This document shows positions 1 through 11,559 of a stretch of DNA of 64,000 nucleotides, one piece after another. This DNA comes from Chrysemys picta bellii. Taxonomy: Eukaryota. The position numbers and the translations under genes were made by a program. The stretch is from assembly GCF_011386835.1 (NCBI RefSeq), contig NC_088803.1:11346001-11410000 (forward strand), in the 5' to 3' direction. Position 1 is the first letter of the stretch. Every line of letters begins with the position of its first letter. Below the pieces are notes generated by a model. It saw only the letters and a list, made by a program, of their open reading frames with translations. It had not been told where the DNA came from and searched no databases.

Positions 1-84
1 CAGATCTTGGAAAGTCCTGGGAACGTGCACCCTGCACACGGCCCAGGCTGGAGTCATTCAGTATCCTCTGTAGGACCTGGAACC

Positions 85-470
85 TGGCTCCCCACCCCCC
101 GCTCTAACCCTTCAGACCCCATTGCCTTCCCAGAGTTGGGATAGAACCCAGGAGTCCTGACTCCTAGTGCCCCTGCTCTAACCCACCAGGCCCCATTGCC
201 CTTCCAGAGTTGGGATAGAATCCAGGAGTCCTGCCTCCCAGCACCCCTGCTCTAACCACTAGACCCCACTCCCCTCACAGAGCTGGGATAGAACCCCGGA
301 GTTCTGGATCCCAGTCCCGTCCCTGCTGCTCTAACCACTAGACCCCACACCTCCCCCAGAGCTGGGAACAGAACCCAGGAGTTCTGACCCCAGCAGCCCC
401 TTCTGTAACCCACCAGACCCAGCTGCCCTCCCAGTCCTGTGGATAGAGCCCAGGCGTCCTGGTTCAAATC
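85..470. repeat. GC-rich about 70-bp degenerate tandem repeat (GGAGTCCTG..CTCTAACCACTAGACCCCACTCCC..AGAGCTGGG..AGAACCCA)
   Basis: About 5 copies here; related copies at about 3560-3740, 9660-9790, 18770-18870, 22680-22760 and 23570-23810. Confidence 0.8.
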
Positions 471-1350
471 CAGCCCCAGGATAGAGGGACTGGCTGGCTC
501 CAGGGGGCAGGGAATAGACTACAGGAGAGCCAGCTCCAATCCAGCCCCAGGCGGGGGGACGGGCTGGAGAATGGGATATGGGGTAGGATGGATGGACGGA
601 CGGCGCTGAGCTAGGCACAGCTCGGATGGACAGATGGATGGAGCTCAGACAGATGGATACGCAGCGTCTAGCCAGACAGAGCTGGGAGATATGGCGCTGG
701 AATGAGGGACAGATCGATAGATAGAGGTCGGATGCAGCGGTTAGCTGGACAGATGAACGCTGTATGGACTGAGGGGTCAGGCAGGCCCAGCCAGGAGAAT
801 GAAGGGCGGTTACATTAGTGGCAGCTGTTGCGCTGTGCAGAGGCACCTGGCCCGACTTGTTCCCAGGGAGCTGGGCAGGCCCTCCCTGCTATGCTGTCAG
901 ACCGGCCTCTCGCCGGTGCCAGCCCTCAGCCCCAGAGGCGCCAGCCAGGGCCCCCAGCCAGTACCACGCCCCGATGGGGCCCAAGCCAGGGAGCTAATTC
1001 TGGCAGGTAATTAACAGATGGGGTGGCAAAGTGATGGGCAGGGGGAGGGCAGCATGGGAGTCAGAGAGGTGGGAACTCCCGTGGGCAGTTTGTGGTGGGA
1101 CGGGAACGAGAATAGGGCTGGCAGAAGGAGAGCAGGGACTGGCCCCAACAGGGCCAACGGGTCTGAGGGCATCTCCCTAGGGAAGGATGGACTTGCCCGT
1201 TGGGGCTGGTCTTGCCCTAGGGGATGGGGCTACGCAGGGCAGGGGTGTGTGTGTGTGTGTGTGTCATGGCACTGCCTGGGGGAAGGGCCCATCCTGACCT
1301 AGGCAAGGGAGGTTTGAGGGTGGATGAGAGCATACAGGGTTATTTTAAAG

Positions 1351-1571
1351 CAGGGGTTCTCAAATTGGGGGTCAGGACCCCTCAGGGGGTCATGAGGTTA
1401 TTACATGGGGAGTCGCGAGCTGTCAGCTTCCACCCCAAACCCCGCTTTGCCTCCAGCATTTATAATGGTGTTAAATATATAAACAAGTGTTTTTAATTTA
1501 TAAGGGGGGGGTCACACTCAGAGGCTTGCTGTGTGAAAGGGGTCACCAGTACAAAAGTTTGAGAACTCCTC
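1351..1571. mobile_element. hAT-type MITE
   Basis: TIR CAGGGGTTCTCAAA; near-perfect 8-bp TSD (TTTTAAAG/CTTTAAAG); same family as 18383-18603. Confidence 0.8.
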
Positions 1572-1628
1572 CTTTAAAGGGTCTGGACAAGGGGTGGCAG
1601 CTATTTAGTTGAATATTGCCCTGTTCAC

Positions 1629-2430
1629 TGCTGCCCTCTAGTGCCCATTATACAGTATAGCCGCCCCTTCCCCACCCCCACCCTCTGCTGGCCCTAGTGA
1701 CATTATACAGCAGGGGTCTCAAACTCAAATGACCATGAGGGCCACACGAGGACTAGTATATTGGCCCGAGGGCCGCATTACTGACACCTCCCCCCCCCGC
1801 CGCCCTCGGCCCCATCCCCACTCCACCCCTTCCATGAGGCCCCGCTCCTGCCCCCAGGGCCGGCTTTAGGCCGATTCAGCCGATTCGGCTGAATTGGGCC
1901 CCGCGCTAAGAGGGCCCCGCTCCGCAGCTCTCCACCCCGCCCTCAGCTCACTTCCCCCTCGTCCCCTCCCCTGAACGCTCCGCCCCCTGCTCCTCCCCCT
2001 CCCCTGCTTCCCGCGAATCAGAGGTTTGCGGGAAGTCTGAAAAGAAGCAGGGGCGGGCAGGCAGGCAGGGAGCCTGCCCTGCTTCTGGTGCACGTCCGGC
2101 CAGAGCCGCTCTGGTAAACACTGGGGGAGGGCGGGGGGGCTGCGAGAGGCTTGCGGGCCGCAGAAAATCACCCCGCGGGCCCTGTGTTCGAGACCCCTGT
2201 TATACAGTATAGCCGCCCCTTCCTCACCCTCACCCTCTGCTGCCCCTAGTGGCCATTATACAGTATAGTTGCCCCTTCCTCACCCTCACCCTCTGCTACC
2301 CCTAGTGCCCATTATACAGTACAACCGCCTCTTCACACCCCCACCCTCTGCTGCCCCTAGTGGCCATTATACAGTATAGTTGCCCCTTCCCCGCCCCCAC
2401 CCTCTGCTGCACCTAGTGGCCATTTTACAG
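1629..2430 (+). repeat. About 51-bp minisatellite (CTGCTGCCCCTAGTGSCCATTATACAGTATAGCCGCCCCTTCCCCACCCCCACCCT), interrupted by a MITE
   Basis: 2 units before and about 5 after the MITE; same family at 11120-11340 and inverted at about 63165-63530. Confidence 0.85.
1711..2199. mobile_element. hAT-type MITE inserted in the minisatellite
   Basis: TIR CAGGGGTCTC(A/G)AAC; perfect 8-bp TSD TTATACAG. Confidence 0.88.
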
Positions 2431-2544
2431 CATGGCCAACCCACAGATATGCTTTAAATGAATATTTTATTATAATCCATTTGGCGATATGTTTGTCTTG
2501 CTTTAAAAAAAGTACAAAGCAATTAATTTGGTATCAAGTTTTCT

Positions 2545-2550
2545 TTTATT
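2545..2550 (-). terminator. Candidate polyadenylation signal AATAAA of the VJ-C1 gene
   Basis: AATAAA on the minus strand about 635 nt after the stop codon. A second AATAAA lies at 2466-2471. Confidence 0.45.
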
Positions 2551-3184
2551 GTCTTTGCTTTTTCTACCACTTTATAAATGCTGGATTACTATGCTGCTGC
2601 TGAGAAGGGAGCATGCGTTGAGATTAGATGGATGGACCGATTGGTAGGTAAATAGATGTGTACATTGGGTCGATAATGGGGCGAGATGAATAGGTAGAGA
2701 GGAAACAAGCAGCACTGATATGTAGATCCGTAAAACCATGGGGAGAGGGGTGTACATGGATGGAGGGAGAGAGAGGGGGGCTGTGTATGGAGGGATGAGT
2801 GTGTTTGAAAAGAAACAGAGGGGCCAGACAGACAGACGGCAGGGTAGGAGAAGGGACAGTAGGATAGACAGAATTGCAGAAGGAACCAGGTATGGTCTGG
2901 AGAACCAGGACTGAAGCTTTGCATCTTGGGTTCAGCTCTGCCCCCAACCCAGGCTGGATCCTCCCCCCCCCACCCCAAAAGCAAGACAGAAATGGAGCCA
3001 CTGCTGTTGAAGGAGTGCTGCTGGGTGGGATCTCAGGGAGTATCAGGTCATGGGGGGAGGTTGCTCTGGATGAGGGACCGTATTCCTCCAAGCCGAGGGG
3101 GGTTTCTCAGCCTGGTAGATGGGCATGGGGGAGGTTGAACCTGACAGGGACCCTGGGATCTGGGAGAAGAGGCTCCCTGCTGGG

Positions 3185-4989
3185 CTACTGTCTTTTGCAG
3201 TCCTTGGCACTGATGCTCTTCTCCAGTGCTGACGCCAGCGATTCGTGCTTGACCACACAGCTGTAGCTGGCACCCGAGCCCCACTCGTTGGCCGGCACCG
3301 TTAGGTAGCTGCTCACAGAGTAGGTCTTGTCCTCTCCCAGTGCCACCAGCCCCGTTCTCATCCCCTGGGCCTGGGTCTGGCAGTCTTGCCTCCACAGCAC
3401 ATCGATGTAGCCGGGGAAGAAGCCGCTCACTAGGCAGGTCAGGGTGGCGAAGCCGGTGGCGATTTCCTCCTGGGCTGGAGGGAACAGCTGGATTCGGGGC
3501 TGGGGCAGATTGCTCCCTGCAAACACACAGAGAGGACATTGGAGACAGCAGCTAGCATCCCTGGCTCACACCCCTCAACCTCACTGCCCTCCCAGAGCCA
3601 GGATAGAGTCCTGGCTCCCAGCCTGCCCGCTCTAACCACTAGACCCCACTCTCCTCCCAAAGCCGGGGAAAGAACACAGGAGTCCTGGCTCCCCGCCCTT
3701 TTCTGTTCTAATGCACTAGACGCCTCCTTCCTCCCAGACTCAAATGTCTTGCCTCTCACTGCTTTGTCTTCATGACAAGACCAATATCCCCTCCCTTAAT
3801 TATGGGTTCGTTATTGTTGCTCCGATTAATTAACTTGTGTAGTTTATTTAGATTTGGCTACATTACAGTAGTGAGCTCTCCCCAGCCGGACCCACTGGCG
3901 TCTTTTGAAAATATCTCTATGGAATAAACAAACCCAGCAGTTCTCTGAAGAGCATGTGACATAGGCTGAAGATAAAATACATGTAGGAAGAACCAATGGC
4001 TCGCCACCCCCCTCCCGCACTGCGACCCAGTCCGACCCCCTCGTCCATCTTCTCGGGGGAGGGGAGAGCAAGAGAAACACTGTCCATAACAGAAACTCCT
4101 GGTCTGGTTTCTATGGGCGCTATGGAGAACGCCTCTGTTACCCCCCTGGACCTCCTCCGCCAACCTCAGTATGGTCATATAAGGGACAGGTCCCTGTCTG
4201 ACCAACATCACCCTAATATCGGAGATGCTCCAATTCACTGAGCCACGCGACCTCTGGGAGGTAGGGAAGGGCTTGTTCCCTATTGCTGAGAGGGGGAACT
4301 GAGGTGCAGAGACGCTGGCCCAAGGTTAGACATGGAGGCCGTAGCAGAAGCAGCATCAAATTCAGATCTCCCAAAGCCAGATCCTGACCCCTGGATCATC
4401 CTTCTATTCTAATGACAGCAACCAGATTCATACTCACTCAGCACACGCACACGGGTCCCCTCTCCCCACGTCTGGACTCCCTCTGTATAAAAGGCGAAGC
4501 AGAAATAGATGGAGTCGTCTCCTTCCTGGACATCACGGATAGTGAGCAGGAACTTCTTGTTGGAGGCGTCTCTGGAGGGGACGTATCGCTCCGGGATCCC
4601 CGGAGCTCGGTAAATGGACAGATCCTTTTTGAAGAACAGCACCCCTTCAGGTTTCTGTCCAGGGCTCTGCCGGATCCAGTTCATATTGACCTTGTCCGCT
4701 GTGACGTTTGCCACAGCACATTCCAGAGCCACCGTCTGTCCAGGAGACACCGAGATCTCAGAAGGGCTTTGGCTGAAGGAGGCATATTGGCACCGTCCAC
4801 CTGCACGAGAGAAACCAGAACGTCATCTAAACTCCTTTTTGCTCATGCACAGAGCAGTAGGTTGGTAGACTGACAGAGAGACTGTAGATGGGTGGAAGGA
4901 TAGATGGAAATGGAGAGATATCACCAATGAGAGGTGGAACGGATAGCTAGAGATTCTGGAGATGGAGAGATGGAAAATAAATACTGCAC

Positions 4990-5044
<55 letters not shown>

Positions 5045-5251
5045 TGCATCAGGATGGATGGATGGATGGATGGGGGAGAGATATGCATGGGGATAGATAG
5101 ATAAATTGATTAGTAGTTAGATAGATTTCCTTGGGTGTTCTGGACCATATGATCCAGAGCCTCCTCCAGGCAGGGGAAGGAGCAGGAGTGTCCATGGGGG
5201 TTACTCACAGGCCAGTGAGAGCAGCAGGATGAGTCCCTGGAGCGGATGCAT
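3185..5251 (-). CDS. Non-rearranging, germline-joined L-VJ-C1 Ig-light-chain-like gene; coding exons 5209-5251, 4438-4800, 3185-3516; 245 aa
   Basis: Leader MHPLQGLILLLSLA|C with GTGAGT donor (5203-5208). Exon 2 has a CAG acceptor (4801-4803) and encodes a V domain (C..WIRQSPG..D.SIYFC) running directly into WGEGTRVRVL, with a GTGAGT donor at 4432-4437. Exon 3 has a CAG acceptor (3517-3519) and encodes a C1 domain (PRIQLFPP, ATLTCLVSGFFPG, YSVSSYLTV, YSCVVKHES) ending DCKRQ-stop. Both introns are phase 1 and the total is 738 nt in frame. Confidence 0.93.
4992..5043. repeat. (GATA)n microsatellite in the leader-V intron
   Basis: Perfect TAGA repeats; other arrays at about 8437-8488 and 11568-11635. 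Confidence 0.95.
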
Positions 5252-5410
5252 GGCCGACCTTCACGCTGTCCCCAGGGCAGAGCTGAGATGGTCCAGAGAG
5301 AAGCCGTATCTTATGAGGCCGCGTATTCAAATCCAGCTGCCGATGGGAAACGAGGAAGCTCCTCATTGGCTCAGCCGCAACTCTGGTGCAGCAGCCGAAC
5401 CAATGGGCAT
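5252..5410 (-). promoter_or_regulatory. Proximal promoter of the VJ-C1 gene: octamer variant ATTTGAAT and two NF-Y-type CCAAT boxes
   Basis: ATTTGAAT (minus, 5325-5332), AGCCAATGAG (minus, 5362-5371) and AACCAATGGG (plus, 5398-5407). All three are retained in the diverged duplicate at about 11850-11940. Confidence 0.55.
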
Positions 5411-7228
5411 CGGGGCATGGGTGGGAGATTTGCCTATGGGTTCCTCCAGGCTGAGCTGGACGGTCTCTGTCTGTCATGTCCACAAATGACCCTGCTGCTG
5501 CCGTTGGGTGTATTTGAGCTTAGATTATAACCCTCCAGTTGAGGAGCCAAAGTCACCTGGGTTATCAGCCTGAGGACTTGGGACTTAGGAGATCCTGAAG
5601 GTATTGCCCCGGGAGCTGGAGAGCAGAGAACGGGCTTCATGATACCAGACGATGAGCTGGGAAATTAGCTCCTGGGTGGAGCAGGGAGGCTGGGAGTCAG
5701 GACGCCTGGGTTCCATGCTCACCACCAGGAAAGGAGCGCGGGGCTATGCATTAGAGAAGGGGATTTTGAGAGACAGGTCCTCTGGGCTCTATTCTGATGC
5801 AGCTTTGATCAGATCACATAACTTCTTTGGTGTCTCCGTGTCCCTGTTGGGAACACATTGGCGTTCACTGGGCGAGAAGTGCTGTATAAAATATAGGGTC
5901 AACTCCTCAAGCGGTGTCACTCAGCCGCTGATTGACACCAGCTGGGGATCCAGTCCACTGACTCCAACGCAGCTGCGGCCAATTCACGCCGGCTGGGCAT
6001 CCAGCCCAATGAATGTTTTTGTTATTATACTAAAGAGCAGCTAGCACCGTTGTGTGGCGGCCCATAGGGATGGTGCTGTAGCGGGGATTTTAATCAGCCC
6101 TGCACATTGGTACCAGATAGAGTGAAGACGTGAAGAAATTCTTCTCACTGTTTGTAACCCCTCGGTGTGTTTCAGCATCAAACCAGGGATTGTCTTCTCG
6201 CTCTTCAACCCCAGAAGGCATTTGAGACACAGCTTAATGCCAAAATCCCTCTCTGGGCAAGGGTGGAATTCCCTCCCTTTGAACTAGCTGAAACAGTTAC
6301 CAGTTAAACTGGTGTCAAACTGGGGATGTATGTAGGATCCCAAGAGTGTAAGATCCTTGTGTCTGTTCATAACTTGCTTGTCTCTTGCACTTGGGGTGAG
6401 ATCCACAATGGCTAATACCATTGATAGCTAATAAATGAATAATCATAATTGGTAATATTAGCTCCTCATTAATAGCTAATACATAATATACATATAATAT
6501 CAACATGAAATAAAATAATAATAATGTTTTTACGTATATATCACTGAGAACAGGAAATAATAATAGATGACCAACATGTTTTAATTAAAGTACAACAAAA
6601 TTATGAATGCTTCATTACTTTTTAGTTATTAATAATAATTTTATCATTATTAATTAACCCCCTTCAGTCCCTTATATGAGGGACACATCAAGAATAGGAG
6701 ATAGAATTATTGGGCCAGATATATGCTACAATCTTACTACAAAGTATGAATATAAATGCCAAATATATTTAAATAAAATAAAAGTTTGATTATTGAATAA
6801 TCATTGCATATGAGTTTTGAATTCGTGATGGGAAATGCCTTATCTTTCTTTAATAAACTAGTAAATTAGTGGTTAAAGATCATGATTAACAATTCTTATT
6901 AACTGATCACAAATAAAATAATTTTAACAGAGATCGATGACCCTATGTGTTAGTTTGACTCCATTATGTGTAGGAGAAATATAAATGATTGAAGAGCATT
7001 TCAATCTGAAATGCTGCTGCGTGAAAATGATCACATTGCATCTCTCTTCGTCCCAATCTCTCAGGAAAGAGTTTGATTTTGAAAATAAATACTATCGGCT
7101 AGATGCTGAGACAATAACGGTCAAATCTTTTTTCTAATAGAATCTTTATTGTTCTGAAGTGATTTAGAAAGAGCTAGGTTGGAAAAAAGCATGATCTACT
7201 TCTTGCTATTTTGTGATTTCTTCGTTAT

Positions 7229-7229
<1 letters not shown>

Positions 7230-7271
<42 letters not shown>
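7230..7271. repeat. (TAA)n microsatellite
   Basis: Perfect AAT repeats. Confidence 0.95.
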
Positions 7272-7272
<1 letters not shown>

Positions 7273-8436
7273 TTTATTTTCTCTTTTTCTTTTTTTCTCC
7301 TGATTTTACAATGTTATAACCATTAAAAATTAATGAGAAAGGTATCTGCGTAAAGAAATCTAAGTGGTAAGACTAAAAAGAGATCTAAATTTTATTAGGT
7401 TAACTTGGAATTTTAGTTTTCTAATTTGAATGTATTTTCTATTTCATTGAATGTGATTAGGATCTCTTTATACATATTAATTGTAAGAGAATTCATATTA
7501 ACATATAGAGAACTAAGGAAAATGAAATTTCTGTATAAGCATATGTACCACATATACAACATTATAATTATTAATAAATACTTATAGAGAGATCCATATT
7601 TACTTCAGAAGAGATATAGGAAAAATAAAGTAATCTTAGTGGCTACATAGAAGAAAGTGAAAGTCAGATCAGATTACTCTGTAAATATATTTCTGTTATC
7701 AGCGTGTGTTTATAAAAGATCAAATGTTATTATTTATTATTAGTGTAGAAAGAGATTGAAATAATAGTAGATTGTTTCAATGATAATGATATTTTTAATA
7801 AAGGTATAGTATTAGGTTTATAAACAATACAGTTGCTACTGAAACTTATTTATAAAGAAAATGAATATTATCTGACTGGTTTATAATATGATGTTATTTT
7901 ATTGGTTTATAATATATGTGATGTTACTGGTTTATAACATGATGTTATGTTATCTTGTATGATTACAAGAGATCAATATGTAGACCTATAGCTTCCTTCA
8001 TAACTGTTATAACTATTAAGACATGATTTCAAAGCTATTGATATGAACAGGATTGCTTTATAAAGATAGTCATTATTAATAAATATTTATTTACAAGAAC
8101 TGCGTAACATGTACCATCCTTTACCTCATTTTAAAAATACCTAAGTGAAATATTTGGACTGAAATCTCTCTACAAACACTTGTGATGTGTTGCAGGAATC
8201 TCTTCACGAAAGAAAGCTCTAAATCCAACACAAAGCAATTGGATTAAAAGAACAATAAGCGAGACGGGGGTTTCAATTAATTGGACTAGCACCAGGAACT
8301 TTTTAAGGCAAATGTTCACTCAGATACTAAAAATACAAGTATAGGAACATGGACAGATAGATAATTCTACATAGCACAGATAGATGGATTGATATTTCTG
8401 CATAGCATGGTCAGATGGACAGAGATAATTCCACAT

Positions 8437-8489
<53 letters not shown>

Positions 8490-10924
8490 GTAATTACACA
8501 TAGTATGGACAGATAGATAAATAGATGTGTGTTTATGGGGACCGTTAGATAATTCCATATATGACAGACAGATGGATAGATTCACAGATACGCAACCAGA
8601 GAGCTAGAGAGACATAATTCCAGAGAGAACGGACAGACGGATATTAGCTGTCCTGTATCTGGCTGCCAGGTGCTGTGCTGGCTAACTGCTCAGTCTTGGT
8701 GCTATGGGGAGGGGCACCATGTGGGGTGAGCGCTCAGTGCTGTTATTGCTAATCACCCCGGGGTGTATTGAGCCGCGTCTCCTCCTTCCTCTGGGCTGTT
8801 GTTGTTTCAGACCCATCTGTGGCCCAGGGAACATTCTCCCCCCAGCCCCTCGGACGGAGGTGTCTGCAGAGCCACTGGGATCAGATACAGGGGGGCCAGT
8901 CCTGGCCCCACCGTAGGCAATGGCCAAACTCCAATGGATGCCAATGGAGCAGGAGGTCACCTGTGTTTTCCCATGGGGGAAGGGGTCCCTAGCTCACAGA
9001 CCCGTCAATATTCAGGGTTATCCTGATGGGTTATTCCCCCTGGACTATTCCTCTGCCACATCATGGGTCCGGGCCCCTCTGAGACTTGGGGACTCTTCTC
9101 ATCTCCCCACTGCTCAGTGTCGGGGCAGATCGGGATCCTTCAGGCATGTCGGCCCCTGAACCGAGACTGTGACACGCGGCTCCAAATCTACCCCATGGGG
9201 CGACCGCATCTGGTGGGACAGAACCATCGGGCAGAAGGAAAGAGGGCTGGGGAAGGGGAGTTGGAGAGACCTGCTCCTTGGTGTCCTGGCTGGAGCATGT
9301 GTGTGTGTGTGTGTGTGTCCTCATGCAGATCCGCTCCTGCACCCAGCTGGGTCCCCTCTGGCTGGGCTGGAGCTGGTGTCCCTGTGGCTGGGGGTGGGTG
9401 AGGGTGGAGCTGTGGGGCACAGAGGGTGGGGAGCAAAACTACACTCAGTGCCAGGGAGAGTGAAGGGGTCAGCACAGAGCCCAGGGAGCTGTGAGTGGGA
9501 CTCCCAGGAGGGGGGGAGCCAGGATCTGAGCCCCAAGGGGTGCTGCGGGACCCCCTCTGTGTGGGATGGGGAAATAAATATGGTGAGAGTGAGGCACAAA
9601 CAGGACAGAGAAGGGGCAGCAGGTCACACAGAGAAATGACAGTGCCCAGTGACTCCCCCCTGGTCTAACCATTAGCCAAAACTCGCCTCTCAATGCTGGG
9701 GATGAACCCAGGAGTCCTGGCTTCCAGGCCCCCCTGCTCTAACCCCTCCCAGAGCTGGGAATAGAACCCAGGAGTCCTGGCCCCCAGCTGGAAACTGCTT
9801 TGTATATGAAAATGAGCTGAAATTCTGCTGCAGTGACGTGTCCCTATGGTCTGTAGTCCCCAGCCCATGATCTAGGCCTGGTTGGATAGCAGGCCACATC
9901 CTATGAGTTTTCATTGACACTATCAGAGCCGATGGCAGATGTCACGGGGGAAGCAGGAATTCCCCACTCGTTGCCTTACACGCGCCGGGGAATGATCTCA
10001 TAGTATCTCAATTCCGAATGCTGCTCTGGTGCCTTATGAAAACCCGCCGGGTGGCTCTGCCCCTTCCACTCAGACCTTGCAGTCCAGTTTGCATGCTGGG
10101 CTTAGCAGATCCTATGCTCTGATCACTCCAGTGGGGTGGCTCCAAGCCGTGGGTGAAGGTCAGAGTCAGTGGCTGGGAGTTCCAAGGAAGTCTCTGGGAG
10201 TCAGGACCCCAAAACCCATGGAGAACCCACAGAAAAAGGGGCAAAGTTCTCCCAAGCCCTGGGAAAGATGAGAAGACACATGGCCGCTTGAACTGAGATT
10301 TCCCAGGGTATCTGGAAACAAGGATCCCATGGGAATGTGATGCTGACCCTGGCGTACTGACAGCAAAGGGCCGTGGCCCTGACAAGCAAAGGACACGAGC
10401 CCCATCATGAGAGAGCAGCTGGCCACTGAGTATTGCCTGCGGTCACTGTGGTATCTCGGCTGGTCTCATCTCTGCCTTCCGGCCCCCTCCCGATGTCAGT
10501 TCCCGGAAGAAAACAGGGTCTATTTGTAGTGCCGGGGCGTCCCCTCGGCCCTGCTCCGGAGAAGCAGGTGTCCATCGGGAAGTCCCTGCGCATCAGAACA
10601 ACACCGAGAAGGGCAGAAAATAAACTAAGGGCTGAACGAGAAGAGGAGAAAAACACCCAGAAAACAAACACCAGGTGGGCCTTGGAGCGCTTGGTCGTTC
10701 AGCCGAGAGACCAGATCTCAGGGCTGACAAGTGAGCTGCAGGGTGGGGCTGGCTGGGCCAACCCCATGTCCCTGCCCTTGCGCATGGGCTGTCAGGCACT
10801 GTACTGCCTTGGGACTCACGGGCCTGGGATGGAAATCTACGGCCTGGTTTGCTTGGGTCTGGGACTGGTTTGAAAATATGTAGCTGTATTTAGTCCTGGC
10901 CCTGCTGCGCCCAGTGCCCATTTT

Positions 10925-11116
10925 AAATAAATAAATGGAGATATCCTATCTCCTAGAACTGGAAGGGACCTTGAAAGGTCGAGTCCAGCTCCCTGCCTTC
11001 ACTAGCACGACCAACTACTGATTTTTGCCCCAGATCCCTAAGTGGCCCCTTCAAGGATTGAACTCACAACCCTGGATTTAGCAAGCCAGTGCTCAAACCA
11101 CTGAGCTATCCCTCCC
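10925..11116 (-). mobile_element. Tortoise-type Pol III SINE (tRNA-derived head, CR1-like 3' tail)
   Basis: Minus strand reads GGGAGGGATAGCTCAGTGGTTTGAGC (A box)..GAGTTCAATCC (B box)..CAAGGTCCCTTCCAGTTCTAG..(ATTT)n. Confidence 0.88.
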
Positions 11117-11119
11117 CCC

Positions 11120-11340
11120 TAGAGTATAGCTGCCCCTTCCCTTCCCCCACCCTCTACTGCCCCTAGTGCCCATTATACAGTATAGCCGCCCCTTCCCCAC
11201 CCCCACCCTCTGCTACCCCTAGTGCCCATTATACAGTATAGCCGCTCCTTCCCCACCCCACCCTCTGCTGCCCCTAGTGCCCATTATACAGTATAACAGC
11301 CCCTTTCCTGCTCCTCACCCTCTGCTGCCCCCTAATGCCC
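11120..11340 (+). repeat. Second array of the about 51-bp minisatellite
   Basis: About 4 units abutting the V-exon stub of the duplicate. Confidence 0.85.
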
Positions 11341-11559
11341 TTTATTCATTATAGCTGTCCTTGAAGGAGATGTTTTGGCACCATCTAGGTGCACATAATA
11401 CACCAGAACATTATCTGTACTCCTTTTGCCCAGCACAGAGCAGTATATTGGTGGATTGACAGAGAGAGAAAGGGAGATATCACAGATGGACTGATAGAGA
11501 GATTTAGATGTGGAGATATCACAGATTGTAGGATCAGTAGATAACTAGAGATTTTGAAA

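Noticed and set aside
815-999. Transmembrane or cytoplasmic exon for the Ig-like gene
   Set aside because: A CAG acceptor exists at 1000-1002, but all three frames hit early stops and none has a hydrophobic helix; the C1 exon also lacks a good donor before its stop.
3185-5251. Somatically rearranged IgL allele or retrocopy
   Set aside because: Both introns are present, which argues against a retrocopy. I saw no leftover J-RSS or upstream V segments in the window. A germline-tissue check would still be decisive.
8680-10430. Second Ig-domain gene (fragments such as DLEPRVTVS and WQRNSPG on the minus strand)
   Set aside because: Fragments are in different frames, lack the Cys-Trp-Cys spacing and are interrupted by stops; unresolved without a homology search.
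11050-11116. tRNA gene
   Set aside because: It is the tRNA-derived head of a SINE, followed by a CR1-like tail.
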